Assembly (NCBI GenBank): GCA_010093745.1
Contig: MU005967.1
Span: 1-64,000, forward strand
Source: Piedraia hortae CBS 480.64
Lineage: Eukaryota
Reading direction: 5' to 3'
Length of the DNA stretch: 64,000 nt
Positions 44,979 to 56,260 of the stretch are shown here, in pieces. The notes beneath the pieces are model-generated. The model saw only the letters and a program-made list of their open reading frames with translations, searched no databases and was not told where the DNA came from. Numbering within the stretch: position 1 is the first letter of the stretch; each line of letters begins with the position of its first letter. A program made the position numbers and the translations under genes.

Positions 44979-47900
44979 TTACCTCCCTCCCGGTTTCGAC
45001 TTCCACGAGGTATTACTCTTCCTGACTCTAGCAGCATACTGTCCCTTGCACTTCCTCGCAGCGTTATCCCTCTTCGTTCGTTTGGGAGGTGGCTTCTTCT
45101 GCTCAGGAGGGAGGTATCCGAACCTCTGGGTGAGAGATTCCTGAGGCTGCTGAAAGTAAGTGCTCTGCTCACCCACTGCATCTTCCTCGGGCTCGCAGTC
45201 TGAGGAGGATTGAAAACTATCGTCGTATTCGAATTCATCGTCGCTGACGAGGTCGATCACGTTTTGGTCGTTGGGGTCGACGGGCGGTGGCTCGTATGAG
45301 CCGTCGTAGGTGGCGCGTATCTCCTTGAGGAGATCGCAGAATCCTTGGCCGTAGTAACGGACTTTTTCGTGGCTGATGTGAGGGATGAGGCACATCTTGG
45401 CGGGAGTGTCGGCGGAGGTGATGACCATTTGGCGGAGAATGGTGTCGGAAAAGGGCGCGGAGCGGAGGTCGTTGTTTAGCATGATATCGCGCGTCTTGCG
45501 CTTGGCTGCATCGACGAAACCCTCGACCATCATGCGGGTTTCGGGACTCAGCCCGTCCATGACGGCATCAGACTCGATGGGTGGGCCGACTTGGCGCCTG
45601 TTTGGAGCGCGTTTGCTGCTGTTGCCCTCCCGAATGGGTGCGAAGCCAAAGTCTACGTCGTTTTCTACGGATTCGTCTAGACGTGGCTGACGGTCACGAC
45701 GTTTTTGAACGGGTGAGGAGACGTTTGTGGACAGAGGCAGTTGGGCGGCTGCCTGTTTCTTCTTCTTCGCCGATTCCCTCTTCTTTGTAGTCTTCTCCTC
45801 CAACATGGACGGGCCGTCGGGCACCTGAAGTTGCATGCGTTTTCCTCTGGAGTAGGTCATGTTGTTAGGGCCAAGAACAAGGTACTGGATGGCGAAGCCT
45901 TTCTTGTTGACCACATTGTCCTCTCTGAGTGCGCCATCGCTGATGAGCTTCGAAAAGAGCCGCTCAATTGTCCCCCGACTCTCGCCGCTCGCAGCGCCCA
46001 ATTGCGGGAGTTTATCATGTCCATTGTCCTTGCACTTCCGGTGGCCACGACCGGCTAAGAGATCCATGCAGTACGCCTGAGTAACTCTCTTATCACACAC
46101 CCCTTTCACCAGGTCAACTGCCTCTTTGGCTAGCTCCGTAAGGTCTCTGCTAATGAACCTCGTGGTGGAGTTGCAGTTGTCACACTGCTGATTGCACTCT
46201 TCTCGGCTGAATACTTCACTAAAGTATTGCAGCACCTGAACTCTGCGACAGTCACAGCCGTTTTCGCAATATTGAACCATTCGTTTCAGCATGTCCTTCT
46301 GCCTCTTCTTCTGCTCATAGTCTCCTTCACCTTGATCAATCATGCTGCTCAGCTTCGAAAAGTCACTGTAGTGATAGAAAAGGTGACAGCCAGATGGCCT
46401 ACCGTCTCGACCGGCACGTCCAGTCTCCTGGTAGTAGCCTTCAAGGGATTTTGGTAGACTATTGTGAATGACGAACCGCACATTGGCCTTGTCGATGCCC
46501 ATACCAAAGGCAATGGTTGCAACAATCACGTTGTATTCACCCGTCTGCCAAGCGCGCTGCACCCTCTTTTTCTCTTGAGACTCCAACGCGGCATGGTAGT
46601 GGTGTGCCTTGATCTTGTACTTTTGGCTCAAAGCCTTGGCCAAGTCCTCGCAATTTTTCCTGGATAAACAGTAGATGATGCCCGACTGCTTGGGATACTT
46701 GTCATTGATGAGGCCGGCAATGGCTTCAACGGGTTTGGTAGGCTTCTTGATGACCTCGTAGTACAGGTTAGGCCGGTTGAAACTGCGTGAGTACGTCTCG
46801 CAATTCCTCATGCCGAGATTGTGCATCACATCAAGCTTGACATTCTGCGTTGCCGTGGCCGTCAGTGCCATGATGGGCACATCGGGGAACTGCCGCCTTA
46901 CATCGCCCAGCAGTTTGTAGTCTGGCCTGAAATCATGGCCCCACTGGCTAACACAGTGCGCCTCGTCAATAACGAGTCGAGCAAGCTGCTTTCGATTGTA
47001 CAATCCCTTGAAGATATCCAGCATGGTTTGGTTCTTGCTAAGCATCTCAGGCGTCACGTAGAGGCATTGGATCATCGCCTGTGGGTTGCGATGGTTGAGC
47101 GCTGCCCTGATCTCTCGCTTCTCCTCTGATGTGCTCTCACCGTTCATCAGATACGCCTTGATGTTGAGCTCGCGCAGATGCTGCACCTGATCTTCCATCA
47201 AGCTCAGCAAGGGTGACACCACTATCGTCACTCCCTTGGTCTTGCCCGTCGTAATGAGAGACGGAAGCTGGTAACAGAGCGACTTGCCTCCGCCCGTGGG
47301 CATGAGCACAAAGGCGTCTTTCCCGCCCAGAGTTGCATTGATCGCCTGAAGTTGGTTTTCACGGAACCCTTTGAGGCGGAAGCGCTCACGAAGAGTTCTT
47401 TTGACGTCGTTGGACCAAGCAAAGCGGAAATGAGCTTCGAGCGCCGCATCGTCTTGTTGTGAACTCATCGGCTTCTTCTGCTTCTTCGCCGGCAGTCGTG
47501 TCTTAACGTTACCGCTTGTCTCGGCCAGGACGGGCCTTAAAGCAGGTTGGACATTTTCCTGCGGTCCGTCATCTAGTGCCATCAATTCCTCTTCCAAGCC
47601 CAAGTCAAGATAGTCATCATCGTCTTCGATCCTAGCGACTGACGGCGAGCCCATCGTGTGTGTGAACATGTTCGAGTTTTCATCGTTGAAGCTCTGCTGT
47701 GGCAATTGCAAGCCACTCGCCCGTGAACTTGCAATATTGCCATGCACAGGCCTGACAGACGTGGGCGGTGACATTGCCTGTTTCTGTGCAGCTACGGTGG
47801 AGTGGACTGGAGGTTTCGGCTGGGTCTTGTTGACAGCCTCCATGGAAGAGCCTCCTGATTGCTCGAAAAAGGCTCTTACTTGTTCTACACAAGGCTTGAG

Positions 47901-49022
47901 CAGCGTCACGCATTCGGCCTCCAGCTTTTCAATTTTTTGCTTGCATTCAAGGTTGGCAGCACTAGCAGCATCTACAGCCTTTTTGCCCTGACGAGCCTTT
48001 AGTGCACGCAGCACCGAATCGTTCAACTCTTTCTTCTCCTTCGTCAACGCTTGATGCTTGCTGCATTTTGCGGTGACAGCTTCAAGGCTTTCCATTCGCT
48101 CCCATGAAGCTTCATACACCTGCTCCATGGCCGTACTGTCCTCTTGACGTTCCTTGAGGTCTGCCAGAGCGACACATATGCCATCGAACTCATCTTGGAG
48201 ACCTTTTGATAAGCGCTCAATTTCATCTCTAGACGTCTCGAATAGCTTCCTGATGAGCTTGGTATCGCTGTCAACTGAATTTTCAGTCACTGCAGGGTTG
48301 CTGGTCGCCGGGGGCATTGGTGTCGGTAGTGTGGGAGCTGCACTCTCAAACATTGGTGCATCATTTGGAGGTCGTGGTTGCTCCAAGATGCGCCTTTTGC
48401 TGGGTGGTGTGCTCTGTCGCTTCTTCCGTTTGTCTCCTAGTCCGACTGGCATCCCGCTCTCGCTATCTGAATCGACCACGATAGAATCGTCCACTACCAT
48501 CGCGAGATCAGCCAGATCAACTTGCGCAGCCTGCGCCCTTCTAACCGGACCAGGCGTATATGGCGGAGGAGGGGTGCGCCTATCCTCGTCAAGCACCGGA
48601 GTTTCCCAAGAAACAGCACCGTTTTGGGACATCGCGGCTGTAGTCTGCTGAGCCGGCTCAGGCTGGCTTCCCAGCTCGGTAAGGTCAAGGACTTCAATAT
48701 CATCAATGTCGAAATCTTCTTCAGGAGTTGAGGCGGCTGGTTTGGAGGCTGAACGGAACACAAATCCAGTTGGAGCTGCCGGTGTTGCGAGTGTCTTGTT
48801 GGAAGCAAGAGACAACAACCCAGGCTTGGACTTGCTGGCAGAGTAGGGAGCGGCGTGAAGTCTAGCCATACTGTCTGAAATGTCCTCAACAGTATTATGT
48901 TCTCGTACCGGCATTTGTTGTGGTGCAACTCCACCCAAATGTGCTTGATCCGCCGGTGGAACTGGTGCTTTGGTCCGAATCAACCAGGAGAGATGCTCCT
49001 GCAAGTTGTGACGCGTCATCAA
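44979..49022 (-). CDS. SGS1: RecQ family DNA helicase (Sgs1/Rqh1/MusN)
   Basis: N-terminal TRHNLQEHLSWL, MPTGGGKSLCYQLP, DEAHCVSQWGHDFRPDY, YYQETGRAGRDG, RQC zinc cysteines, HRDC-like region. Confidence 0.96.
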   Translation of the reverse strand: MMTRHNLQEHLSWLIRTKAPVPPADQAHLGGVAPQQMPVREHNTVEDISDSMARLHAAPYSASKSKPGLLSLASNKTLATPAAPTGFVFRSASKPAASTPEEDFDIDDIEVLDLTELGSQPEPAQQTTAAMSQNGAVSWETPVLDEDRRTPPPPYTPGPVRRAQAAQVDLADLAMVVDDSIVVDSDSESGMPVGLGDKRKKRQSTPPSKRRILEQPRPPNDAPMFESAAPTLPTPMPPATSNPAVTENSVDSDTKLIRKLFETSRDEIERLSKGLQDEFDGICVALADLKERQEDSTAMEQVYEASWERMESLEAVTAKCSKHQALTKEKKELNDSVLRALKARQGKKAVDAASAANLECKQKIEKLEAECVTLLKPCVEQVRAFFEQSGGSSMEAVNKTQPKPPVHSTVAAQKQAMSPPTSVRPVHGNIASSRASGLQLPQQSFNDENSNMFTHTMGSPSVARIEDDDDYLDLGLEEELMALDDGPQENVQPALRPVLAETSGNVKTRLPAKKQKKPMSSQQDDAALEAHFRFAWSNDVKRTLRERFRLKGFRENQLQAINATLGGKDAFVLMPTGGGKSLCYQLPSLITTGKTKGVTIVVSPLLSLMEDQVQHLRELNIKAYLMNGESTSEEKREIRAALNHRNPQAMIQCLYVTPEMLSKNQTMLDIFKGLYNRKQLARLVIDEAHCVSQWGHDFRPDYKLLGDVRRQFPDVPIMALTATATQNVKLDVMHNLGMRNCETYSRSFNRPNLYYEVIKKPTKPVEAIAGLINDKYPKQSGIIYCLSRKNCEDLAKALSQKYKIKAHHYHAALESQEKKRVQRAWQTGEYNVIVATIAFGMGIDKANVRFVIHNSLPKSLEGYYQETGRAGRDGRPSGCHLFYHYSDFSKLSSMIDQGEGDYEQKKRQKDMLKRMVQYCENGCDCRRVQVLQYFSEVFSREECNQQCDNCNSTTRFISRDLTELAKEAVDLVKGVCDKRVTQAYCMDLLAGRGHRKCKDNGHDKLPQLGAASGESRGTIERLFSKLISDGALREDNVVNKKGFAIQYLVLGPNNMTYSRGKRMQLQVPDGPSMLEEKTTKKRESAKKKKQAAAQLPLSTNVSSPVQKRRDRQPRLDESVENDVDFGFAPIREGNSSKRAPNRRQVGPPIESDAVMDGLSPETRMMVEGFVDAAKRKTRDIMLNNDLRSAPFSDTILRQMVITSADTPAKMCLIPHISHEKVRYYGQGFCDLLKEIRATYDGSYEPPPVDPNDQNVIDLVSDDEFEYDDSFQSSSDCEPEEDAVGEQSTYFQQPQESLTQRFGYLPPEQKKPPPKRTKRDNAARKCKGQYAARVRKSNTSWKSKPGGR

Positions 49023-49071
49023 CGCTTCTCATCGTCGTCTAGTAGACATTGGATCTTATGTCGTTCCTACT

Positions 49072-49136
49072 ACGCGTCTGTGGCGACGCGCCATCCCAGG
49101 AGATTTTTGGTCACGTGAGGCGTGTTTTGAACGCGT
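49072..49136. promoter_or_regulatory. Paired MCB elements (ACGCGT x2 plus GACGCG) upstream of SGS1
   Basis: ACGCGT at 49072-49077 and 49131-49136, within 115 bp of the ATG. Confidence 0.55.
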
Positions 49137-49256
49137 CACCGTTGACCCACTTTTGACAGCCAATCACGTATTGGCCTGTCCAACCTCATCCATCAAAGCG
49201 TCTGATGTTTATCCACGAAATGTTTGCAAGCTTTTCCTATCCAACTACGTACATTC

Positions 49257-50863
49257 CTAATCTTTCGGCATTCCCTCTCGTAGATTGTCATACTTGCTCT
49301 GGGGGTACTCCAGGCAGTTCTCGGACTGCTCCATGTTACCAAGGCCATCGACAACGACCCTGATAAGGCTCTTTTCGTCGGTGACGGGAAGGTCACCACT
49401 CGTTTCCCACCTTGTAGTGTCAGAACTGTAAAGACTGAATGATGTTCATGTACTTACCACATGCCGCCTCCGAGACCATTCTTCTTAACATAGTCCACCT
49501 TTTGGGATGCTACCTCGGGCGTATCGTATGAGACCATCAAGCGGCTGGAGGGGTCATGAGACCAGGCCGCGATGGCATCTTTGTCGTGGTGGACTTGGGC
49601 TCCCGGGCGGGGCAGCGCCTAGATGATGTCAGCTTTCTTCTTGAACATTGCAGACGGCGTGATCAGGACATCGTCAGATTAGATCAAGTAACGAGAGCTA
49701 TTGCTCATGGCGCCGGGTTCTATCACATTGCAGCTATAGAAGAAACTGAAAGTGCAGGACCACTGCGAGTCGCAGGGAAGGCTGTCATCATGGATAGAAA
49801 GACCATTGTTACTTACCTTGTAGTCCCAGACTCCCTGCTCCCAGCTGCCTTCGCCGACGCCGTTGAATGACTGTCCAAGTCCATCCGTACCGGCAAAAGC
49901 CCGACCGTACAAAGGCATACCCAGAACAATCTTGCTGGGTTTGACGCCATGGTCAATGTAGTACCTAACGGCAAAGTCAATGCTAAAAGGCGTCGTGTTG
50001 GGATCGCTCTTTGACGGAAACACGTTTGCCTGATGTCCAGACTTTTGGTCCCAAGAACCGGCAAAATCATATGCCATCATGTTCCAGAAGTCAAGATACT
50101 GGTCCATCTCCTTGAGCTTTAGCCAATGGCAATTGGAAGGACCAGCGGGAGAGGCGATGGTCAGCAAAAAGTGCGGCTTAGACGGCAGGGTTTGACTGTA
50201 CGAGTCCAACTCGGACCGAACAGCGGCTAGGAGCTTGACAAAGTCGGCAGCTTCGCCATCGGACTTGGGGTACTCCCAATCAATGTCCAAACCATCCAAG
50301 CCCAAATCTTTTAGCAGCTGAACAGAGGTTTTGGCAAAGTTGTTGCGACCCTGTTCGGTAGATGCTGGACCAGCAAAGTTGGAGGAGTAGGTCCAACCAC
50401 CAATGCTCAGCAACACCTTGAGGTTGCGGTTCTTCTTTTTGAGAAGATAAAGCTGTTTAATGCACCCGTAGACATTGTTTCCGGAATCGTTCCACGAATC
50501 TGTAGAATAGTGCTTTTCCACATCAGACCAAGAGTCTGTAAGATGGACCTCGCCCGTTTCTGGGCGAATATTGGCAAAGGCATACAAGACATGGGTAAGC
50601 TTGTCAGCCGGAATGTCTTGTGGCTGGTGGTTTCTGCCGTAGATGGCCCAGTTAACAAAGTAAGCTACGCTGCGGTAGCCATTCTGCGAGTCTGCACGAG
50701 GCTCTACATTTCCATAAGAAGCTGGGAGCTGTTCTGCAGCTCCTCCGGGACTTGGCTGCTGTTCTACATGTTCCTGTGAGGGTGAATGATGATGCTCCGC
50801 ATCGGCGTTAGCAAGTGTGCCTAAGGAGCCAAGGGCTGCCAAACAAACTGACAGCCACTGCAT
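49257..50863 (-). CDS. Secreted GH18 chitinase (fungal subgroup A)
   Basis: Signal peptide; [37 protein letters not shown]; introns 49619-49816 and 49411-49457; GGGMWWETSGD..SKYDNLR. Confidence 0.95.
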
Positions 50864-51735
50864 GATGCGGGTGATAGATGGACAGGAGGGAACTTACTCC
50901 GGTACTTGTCACGTAGATGATGAGCCAGCTTTTCCATACTGTCGGTTTCTTGTGAAGGGGTATCCTCGCCGTAAACTCTGTCACCCGCCGAACGGGATTC
51001 CCCTTGTGGGCGCTCGACACTTTAACATTGAAGCAAATCTCTGATCATACTCTTTATCTAGCTATTCCTGCTTCCGATGTATGATTGCCACATAAAGACA
51101 CTCAGCATACAGATCAGGATTCGAAAAAAGACATCCACCATCCAGGCCAGCATTGGAGCAAAAGGTCCGGATCATTTCGAAACAGTTCATCACTCGGATA
51201 TTAACTTTACAGACAAGATATAAAGATCGAAGACAGTTTCATGACCTGGCTAGACCTGTCGACCCAATGGAACGGGCTTCCGGGCCTCTCATGCTAAACA
51301 ATCACCGATAATAAGTCCTGACTCAATGCCGAATGAAATCCTAGTCACTTGAACGAGACCTTGTTCCATCCAATGCTCATTCGAAGGGGCAGCTGATCCG
51401 ATTCAGTCTAGAACATACCTTGCACCTGGAACCAAGTTAATCCAGAAAGATGTCTACGAAAGCTTTGCGAGGCTTTTCTTTGGAATCACTGACGTCTCAA
51501 GACATTCAGAATTTCCTGGGATCCGCGGCAATGATCTGGATTACCAATTGAATACCAAACATTCTAGTTCGATCCCCGTACCCAACGCCCACCTGAAAAA
51601 GTAGCAGATCGGACCCTGGTCGTCCTCCATCATCCAGACCAAAGACAGTCCCTCTGATCAGAGACCATCCTACATACAGTACACACCCAAGCAATCGCTC
51701 TGCCTGACATCGTTCCCACAGCCTCAAGCAACGCC

Positions 51736-53268
51736 TTAACCCATAACCTCCAACCCCTCCCTCAACGCCTCCATAACAACACCCACGTCCTTTTCCGGAT
51801 CCACCTGCCAATTCGCCACCGCGATCCTAACCGCGGGTCTCCCACCCCAAACCGTCCTACCCACAAAAACTCTACTCAACCCATTCACTATCTCCACAAA
51901 CCTCCCTAACCTGCTATCCTCCCCCTCATCCCTAAACCTAAAACAAACAATCATAAACGTCTCACGAACATACTCCTCCTCATCCACCCCATCCTCTTTT
52001 ATCGGCAACGTCTCCCACCCGTCCTTCCTCAACTCCCTAACTAGCCCCCTCGCAAGCCTCACCATATTCCCCACAAGATTCGCATACCCCTCTCTCCCAA
52101 ACTCCAACAAAGTCGCATACACGGGGAAAGCTCTAAATCTCCTCGAATTCTCAATCCCAATGTTCAATGGCGAGGGCACATCCCCCCCTCCACTCAAATA
52201 AGTCGCGTTGGGGTTACAGCAGACCTCCTCCGCAATGTCCACCCTCTTTGAAAGGAAAAAACCGCAATCATACGGGACGTTGAGGATCTTGTGCGCGTCG
52301 CCTGTAATCGAATCCGCGAGGTCAAGATCCGATGCCCCTGATCGGACGGCCTGCTGCGTTAGCAGCCCCCCTCCGTGGTGAGGGGAAATACATACCTCGA
52401 ATTCTGGTGTTGGGGGGAGTACCCGTGCAAACGCCCCAAACGCAGCATCGATGTGAATCCACGCACCATATCTATCGGCCAGCTCCCTTATTTCGCGGAG
52501 CATCCCTCCTTTCGTCGCGAAACGGCCCGTGTTAACTTCTGAGGTGGAAATGACGATAATACTCCCTACATCCCTCTTCAACCACCCCTCCAACACCCCG
52601 AGTTCCATCACGCCTATATCGTGGACGTTCCCCCTCCCGATCCCAGTCAGCGAGGCGGCTTTATAAATCGACGAGTGTGGCGTGGTCGTGAGGACCTGCA
52701 CCCTTCTTGTTCCAGCTAATCCACTCTCGGCTATACTTCCCCGTTGTTCCACTTTCCCGCCTTGTCCACTCTGTCCTCTGTCTCCATCATGTCTACTGTA
52801 TTCGTTCTGATTCTCGGGTTTTGCTTGTACACCCCCCCGTAGGACCCCCTCCCCGAGGACATACTCCCTCCCCACCGCCAACCCCAAAAGATTACTCCCC
52901 ATCGCACCGGTCGTGAAGGTCTTATGTCTCCACTCTTTGGGGGTTAAACCCAACAACTCACAAACCATCTCTAACGCTTTTACCTCGATTTTCGTCGCGA
53001 TCGTGTCATGGGGAAGGTGAACCTGCACGTTCTGGTCGTGTTCAGTGACGAGGTGGTCTGCGTAACGCGCTGAGGGGGTCGCTCCGCCGGTGACGAAGCC
53101 GTAGAAGTGTTTGCTCGAACTGCTGCGGTTGAGGCCGGGGAGGAGGGAGGACAGGTGGGTTTGGGCTTCTTTGAGGCCGATGCCCACTCCTGGGAGGGTT
53201 GGTTTGATGAGGGAAGAGGTTGAGTTGATTTCTTCTTTAGTTGGGAGGATACGTGGGCGGGAGGACAT
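51736..53268 (-). CDS. Group II PLP-dependent decarboxylase
   Basis: FYGFVTGG, WIHIDAAFG, ADSITGDAHKILNVPYDCG (PLP lysine), ENSRRFRA; probable in-frame intron 52351-52395. Confidence 0.9.
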   Translation of the reverse strand: MSSRPRILPTKEEINSTSSLIKPTLPGVGIGLKEAQTHLSSLLPGLNRSSSSKHFYGFVTGGATPSARYADHLVTEHDQNVQVHLPHDTIATKIEVKALEMVCELLGLTPKEWRHKTFTTGAMGSNLLGLAVGREYVLGEGVLRGGVQAKPENQNEYSRHDGDRGQSGQGGKVEQRGSIAESGLAGTRRVQVLTTTPHSSIYKAASLTGIGRGNVHDIGVMELGVLEGWLKRDVGSIIVISTSEVNTGRFATKGGMLREIRELADRYGAWIHIDAAFGAFARVLPPTPEFEVCISPHHGGGLLTQQAVRSGASDLDLADSITGDAHKILNVPYDCGFFLSKRVDIAEEVCCNPNATYLSGGGDVPSPLNIGIENSRRFRAFPVYATLLEFGREGYANLVGNMVRLARGLVRELRKDGWETLPIKEDGVDEEEYVRETFMIVCFRFRDEGEDSRLGRFVEIVNGLSRVFVGRTVWGGRPAVRIAVANWQVDPEKDVGVVMEALREGLEVMG

Positions 53269-53496
53269 CGTAGATAAGTCGAGGATATAGATTGATGATG
53301 GTATAGTGGGAAGCTACGCAGACTCGAATTTGGATATGGTGGGGACAGTTTCAGGTCGGACATTAAGATAATCTAATGTACACGAAAAACGTGGGCGGTG
53401 AGAACCCAACTATACAATTCTTTTGAATCGCCAAGAGGATTGATGACAAAGGGGGTATCTTCAACATCTAATTCAAAAAGGAAAAAAAAAAAAAGG

Positions 53497-54782
53497 TCAA
53501 CTGCTGATGATGCTGGAAACAAACTTGGAGAATCGATCTCCATAAGGTACCGGCGGGATTGGGGAGATTAAATCTTCGTTGCCTTTGAAGGATTTTATGA
53601 AGTGTTCGCTTTTTTTGACGTAGTTGTACTGTTTTCGATTAGCCAACGAGCTTGCTAGAATGGAAAATAACATACTCGTGTCAGACAGTCGACGATGCCG
53701 AGATAGTAGATTTCCCCTGCGGGAAGGTCTTCTTGATCGGTTGCCCGATATCCGCCATCGTCTGCGTAGAATTGGGAACCTTTTGGATTCGACTCGTCTG
53801 GCATCCTTACTATCGTCTGTCCCAGGGGTTTTGGCCGCTCTTTCTGGACCGAGACTCGGAGCTCGCGCGCTCGTGCTGCACTCTCCAGCTTACTTGGAGT
53901 GCGCGCAAGTGGTCGTAAGCGCGGTTCGTCGTCACCTGGTTGGAACACTTGTAGCGTTCTTTGCAGCAGATTTTCGTCGTTTCCGCGTTGTAAGTCATGT
54001 ATGCCCACCAGGAGCGAGTAATCCATGATTTCCAATCGCTGCAAAAACGCCACGTCCCGATTCAACTGATCCATAAACTGCGCCCGCTTCTGAGGCCCCA
54101 GATGGAGACGCAGATCCCGCCGTAACCAGTTCAGATCCTTGAGCGTCGCGTGCGGGTTCTGCTTAAGAAGCTCCTCGTTGTAGTCGCGACCGATGGTGCT
54201 TCCTTTAAGGTCAAAGGTTTGGTGAATGTCTCGGTGCGGCGGAAAGAGATTATTCATTACGATAAAGTGTATCTTCTTGCCATACGGGAGCTTAACCCGA
54301 TAGAGCCCGTAAAACTGCGAAAGTAGGGTATTGGGATTTTTAGAGACGTGCTCGTAATAATCCTTTAGCCGCTTCCACAGCGTACGGTGCTCGGTTGGCC
54401 TGATGGTCTTTATTATGTATGTGTAATCGCGCGAAAAGTAGAAAAAACTGCCGCTTTTCCCCGGCGAGCCCAGCTCCGAGAGAATGTATTTGGCCGTGAG
54501 CGAGACGAGATACTCTGCCGGGTCGATGCCAAACGCATTACGGATTTCGCGAAACACCCAGGGCGCATAGTCCTTGAATTTGAAGTCGTACTTTGCGCTC
54601 GGCGTCAACTCGCTGCCGGTGATGTCGAAACTGTATTTCTTGGAATGCTTAAAGTCGGCGTCCGTCAGCGGATTGGGTATCTTTGCGTGTACGCGGCTAA
54701 CGCAGAAGCGGATTCCCGTAAGCATGTTATACATGCGAACATAGTTTTGGTGCCCCTCCTCAATCTGCTTGGCGCCGGACAT
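53497..54782 (-). CDS. MSS4: Phosphatidylinositol-4-phosphate 5-kinase (short form, ~412 aa)
   Basis: [46 protein letters not shown]; intron 53629-53675; KKSEHF..ISPIPP..YGDRF. Confidence 0.92.
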
Positions 54783-54957
54783 GTTGGGCCAGGTTTGGGA
54801 GTGCCGGAGGGGTTGGGGGAAACCGCGCTGTCAACACAACGTTTCCGCTGAGGCCTCATTGCACGTCGTGCGGGGCGGCCCGCTCCGTTACATTATACCG
54901 GCCCGTCCCGTGCAGCAATCTCCCGTCTTGGCATTTTCCCCTGCATTTTTGACCACA

Positions 54958-55845
54958 ATGGCGCTTCCCGGCAACCCCGCTCATCTTCTCCCTCCCTCGT
55001 GGGCCAAGGTCGTTCAGGCGTGGCTAGAAGAGGACACGCCTAGCTTTGACTATGGCGGCTTCGTAGTCGGCGAGGGTCCAGCCGAGGCACACTTGCTTGC
55101 GAAGAGCCGTGGCATTCTAGCGGGCGTGCCGTTCGTTGACGAAGTCTTCAAGCAGCTGGGCTGCAAGGTAGAATGGTTTGCCCAAGAGGGAAACGAGGTG
55201 GGTCGGATACGAAAGCAACACATTGCGACAGTCACGGGGCCGACTCGGCACTTACTGCTGGGCGAAAGAGTGGCGCTCAACGTGCTTGCGCGATGTTCTG
55301 GCATTGCAACTAGATCAAGGTCATTCTTGATCATGCTGCGTAATGCAGACTACAAGAATAGGCTTGCCGGTACTCGCAAAACCACCCCAGGCTTTAGGCT
55401 AGTGGAGAAATACGGTATGATTGTCGGCGGCTGCGATCCACATCGGGAAGATCTCAGTGCCATGACCATGTTGAAAGATAATCACATCTGGGCGTGCGGC
55501 GGCAACATACGGACAGCTGTAGCGGCAGCAAAGTCGGTTGGCGGATTCGCAATCAAGGTCGAAGTCGAGTGCCAGAGCGAAGAGGAAGCCAATGCTGCCA
55601 TTGAAGCCGGAGCTGATGTGGTCATGCTCGATAACTTTAGCGCTGAAAATGTAAGAGCAGCATCGAAATCCCTCAAAGACCGCTGGGGCAGAGGCAAGTT
55701 TCTAATTGAAGTGTCGGGTGGACTGACGGAAGATCTCGTTGGAGAGTACGTCTGCGACGACATTGACGTGATCAGCACTTCGGCAATCCATCAGGGCACG
55801 AAACACGTCGACTTTTCGTTGAAGATTGTGCCTGCCAAGGCTTGA
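54958..55845 (+). CDS. BNA6: Nicotinate-nucleotide pyrophosphorylase (quinolinate phosphoribosyltransferase)
   Basis: [42 protein letters not shown]. Confidence 0.96.
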   Translation: MALPGNPAHLLPPSWAKVVQAWLEEDTPSFDYGGFVVGEGPAEAHLLAKSRGILAGVPFVDEVFKQLGCKVEWFAQEGNEVGRIRKQHIATVTGPTRHLLLGERVALNVLARCSGIATRSRSFLIMLRNADYKNRLAGTRKTTPGFRLVEKYGMIVGGCDPHREDLSAMTMLKDNHIWACGGNIRTAVAAAKSVGGFAIKVEVECQSEEEANAAIEAGADVVMLDNFSAENVRAASKSLKDRWGRGKFLIEVSGGLTEDLVGEYVCDDIDVISTSAIHQGTKHVDFSLKIVPAKA

Positions 55846-56260
55846 AAGGTACGTGCATCTGCTATTTTTCATGTCATGATGAGCATGCAAAAAAATATGT
55901 TTCAACCCCATATGAATACTCGTGTTTCGAAATGCATCTAACTGAACAATTCTCAACGATATCTGGACATTTGGTCAAGAGGACATGCTAACGATTATCA
56001 GAGGAAGATGTAAAACTGATCACGGGTAGATGAAGTCACGTAGCGGTAGGACAAAACTATTCAAATTCTCATCCCACGACTGGGCTGTGTGTAGCGACGA
56101 TAGAAGCAGTAATTACTTATAGCGTGTCAATGTAGAAGCGGTTCACGCCCCAGTCACACCCCTCCTGCAGAGTGATGTTCACATCCCTGTCGATGATATA
56201 GCCGTTTGTCGCCCCACCCTAAAAGTCTCAAACCTCGAACGCCCTACCAAATAACAAAAA

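Noticed and set aside
51050..51730. Protein-like fragments upstream of the chitinase
   Set aside because: No sustained frame or recognisable family
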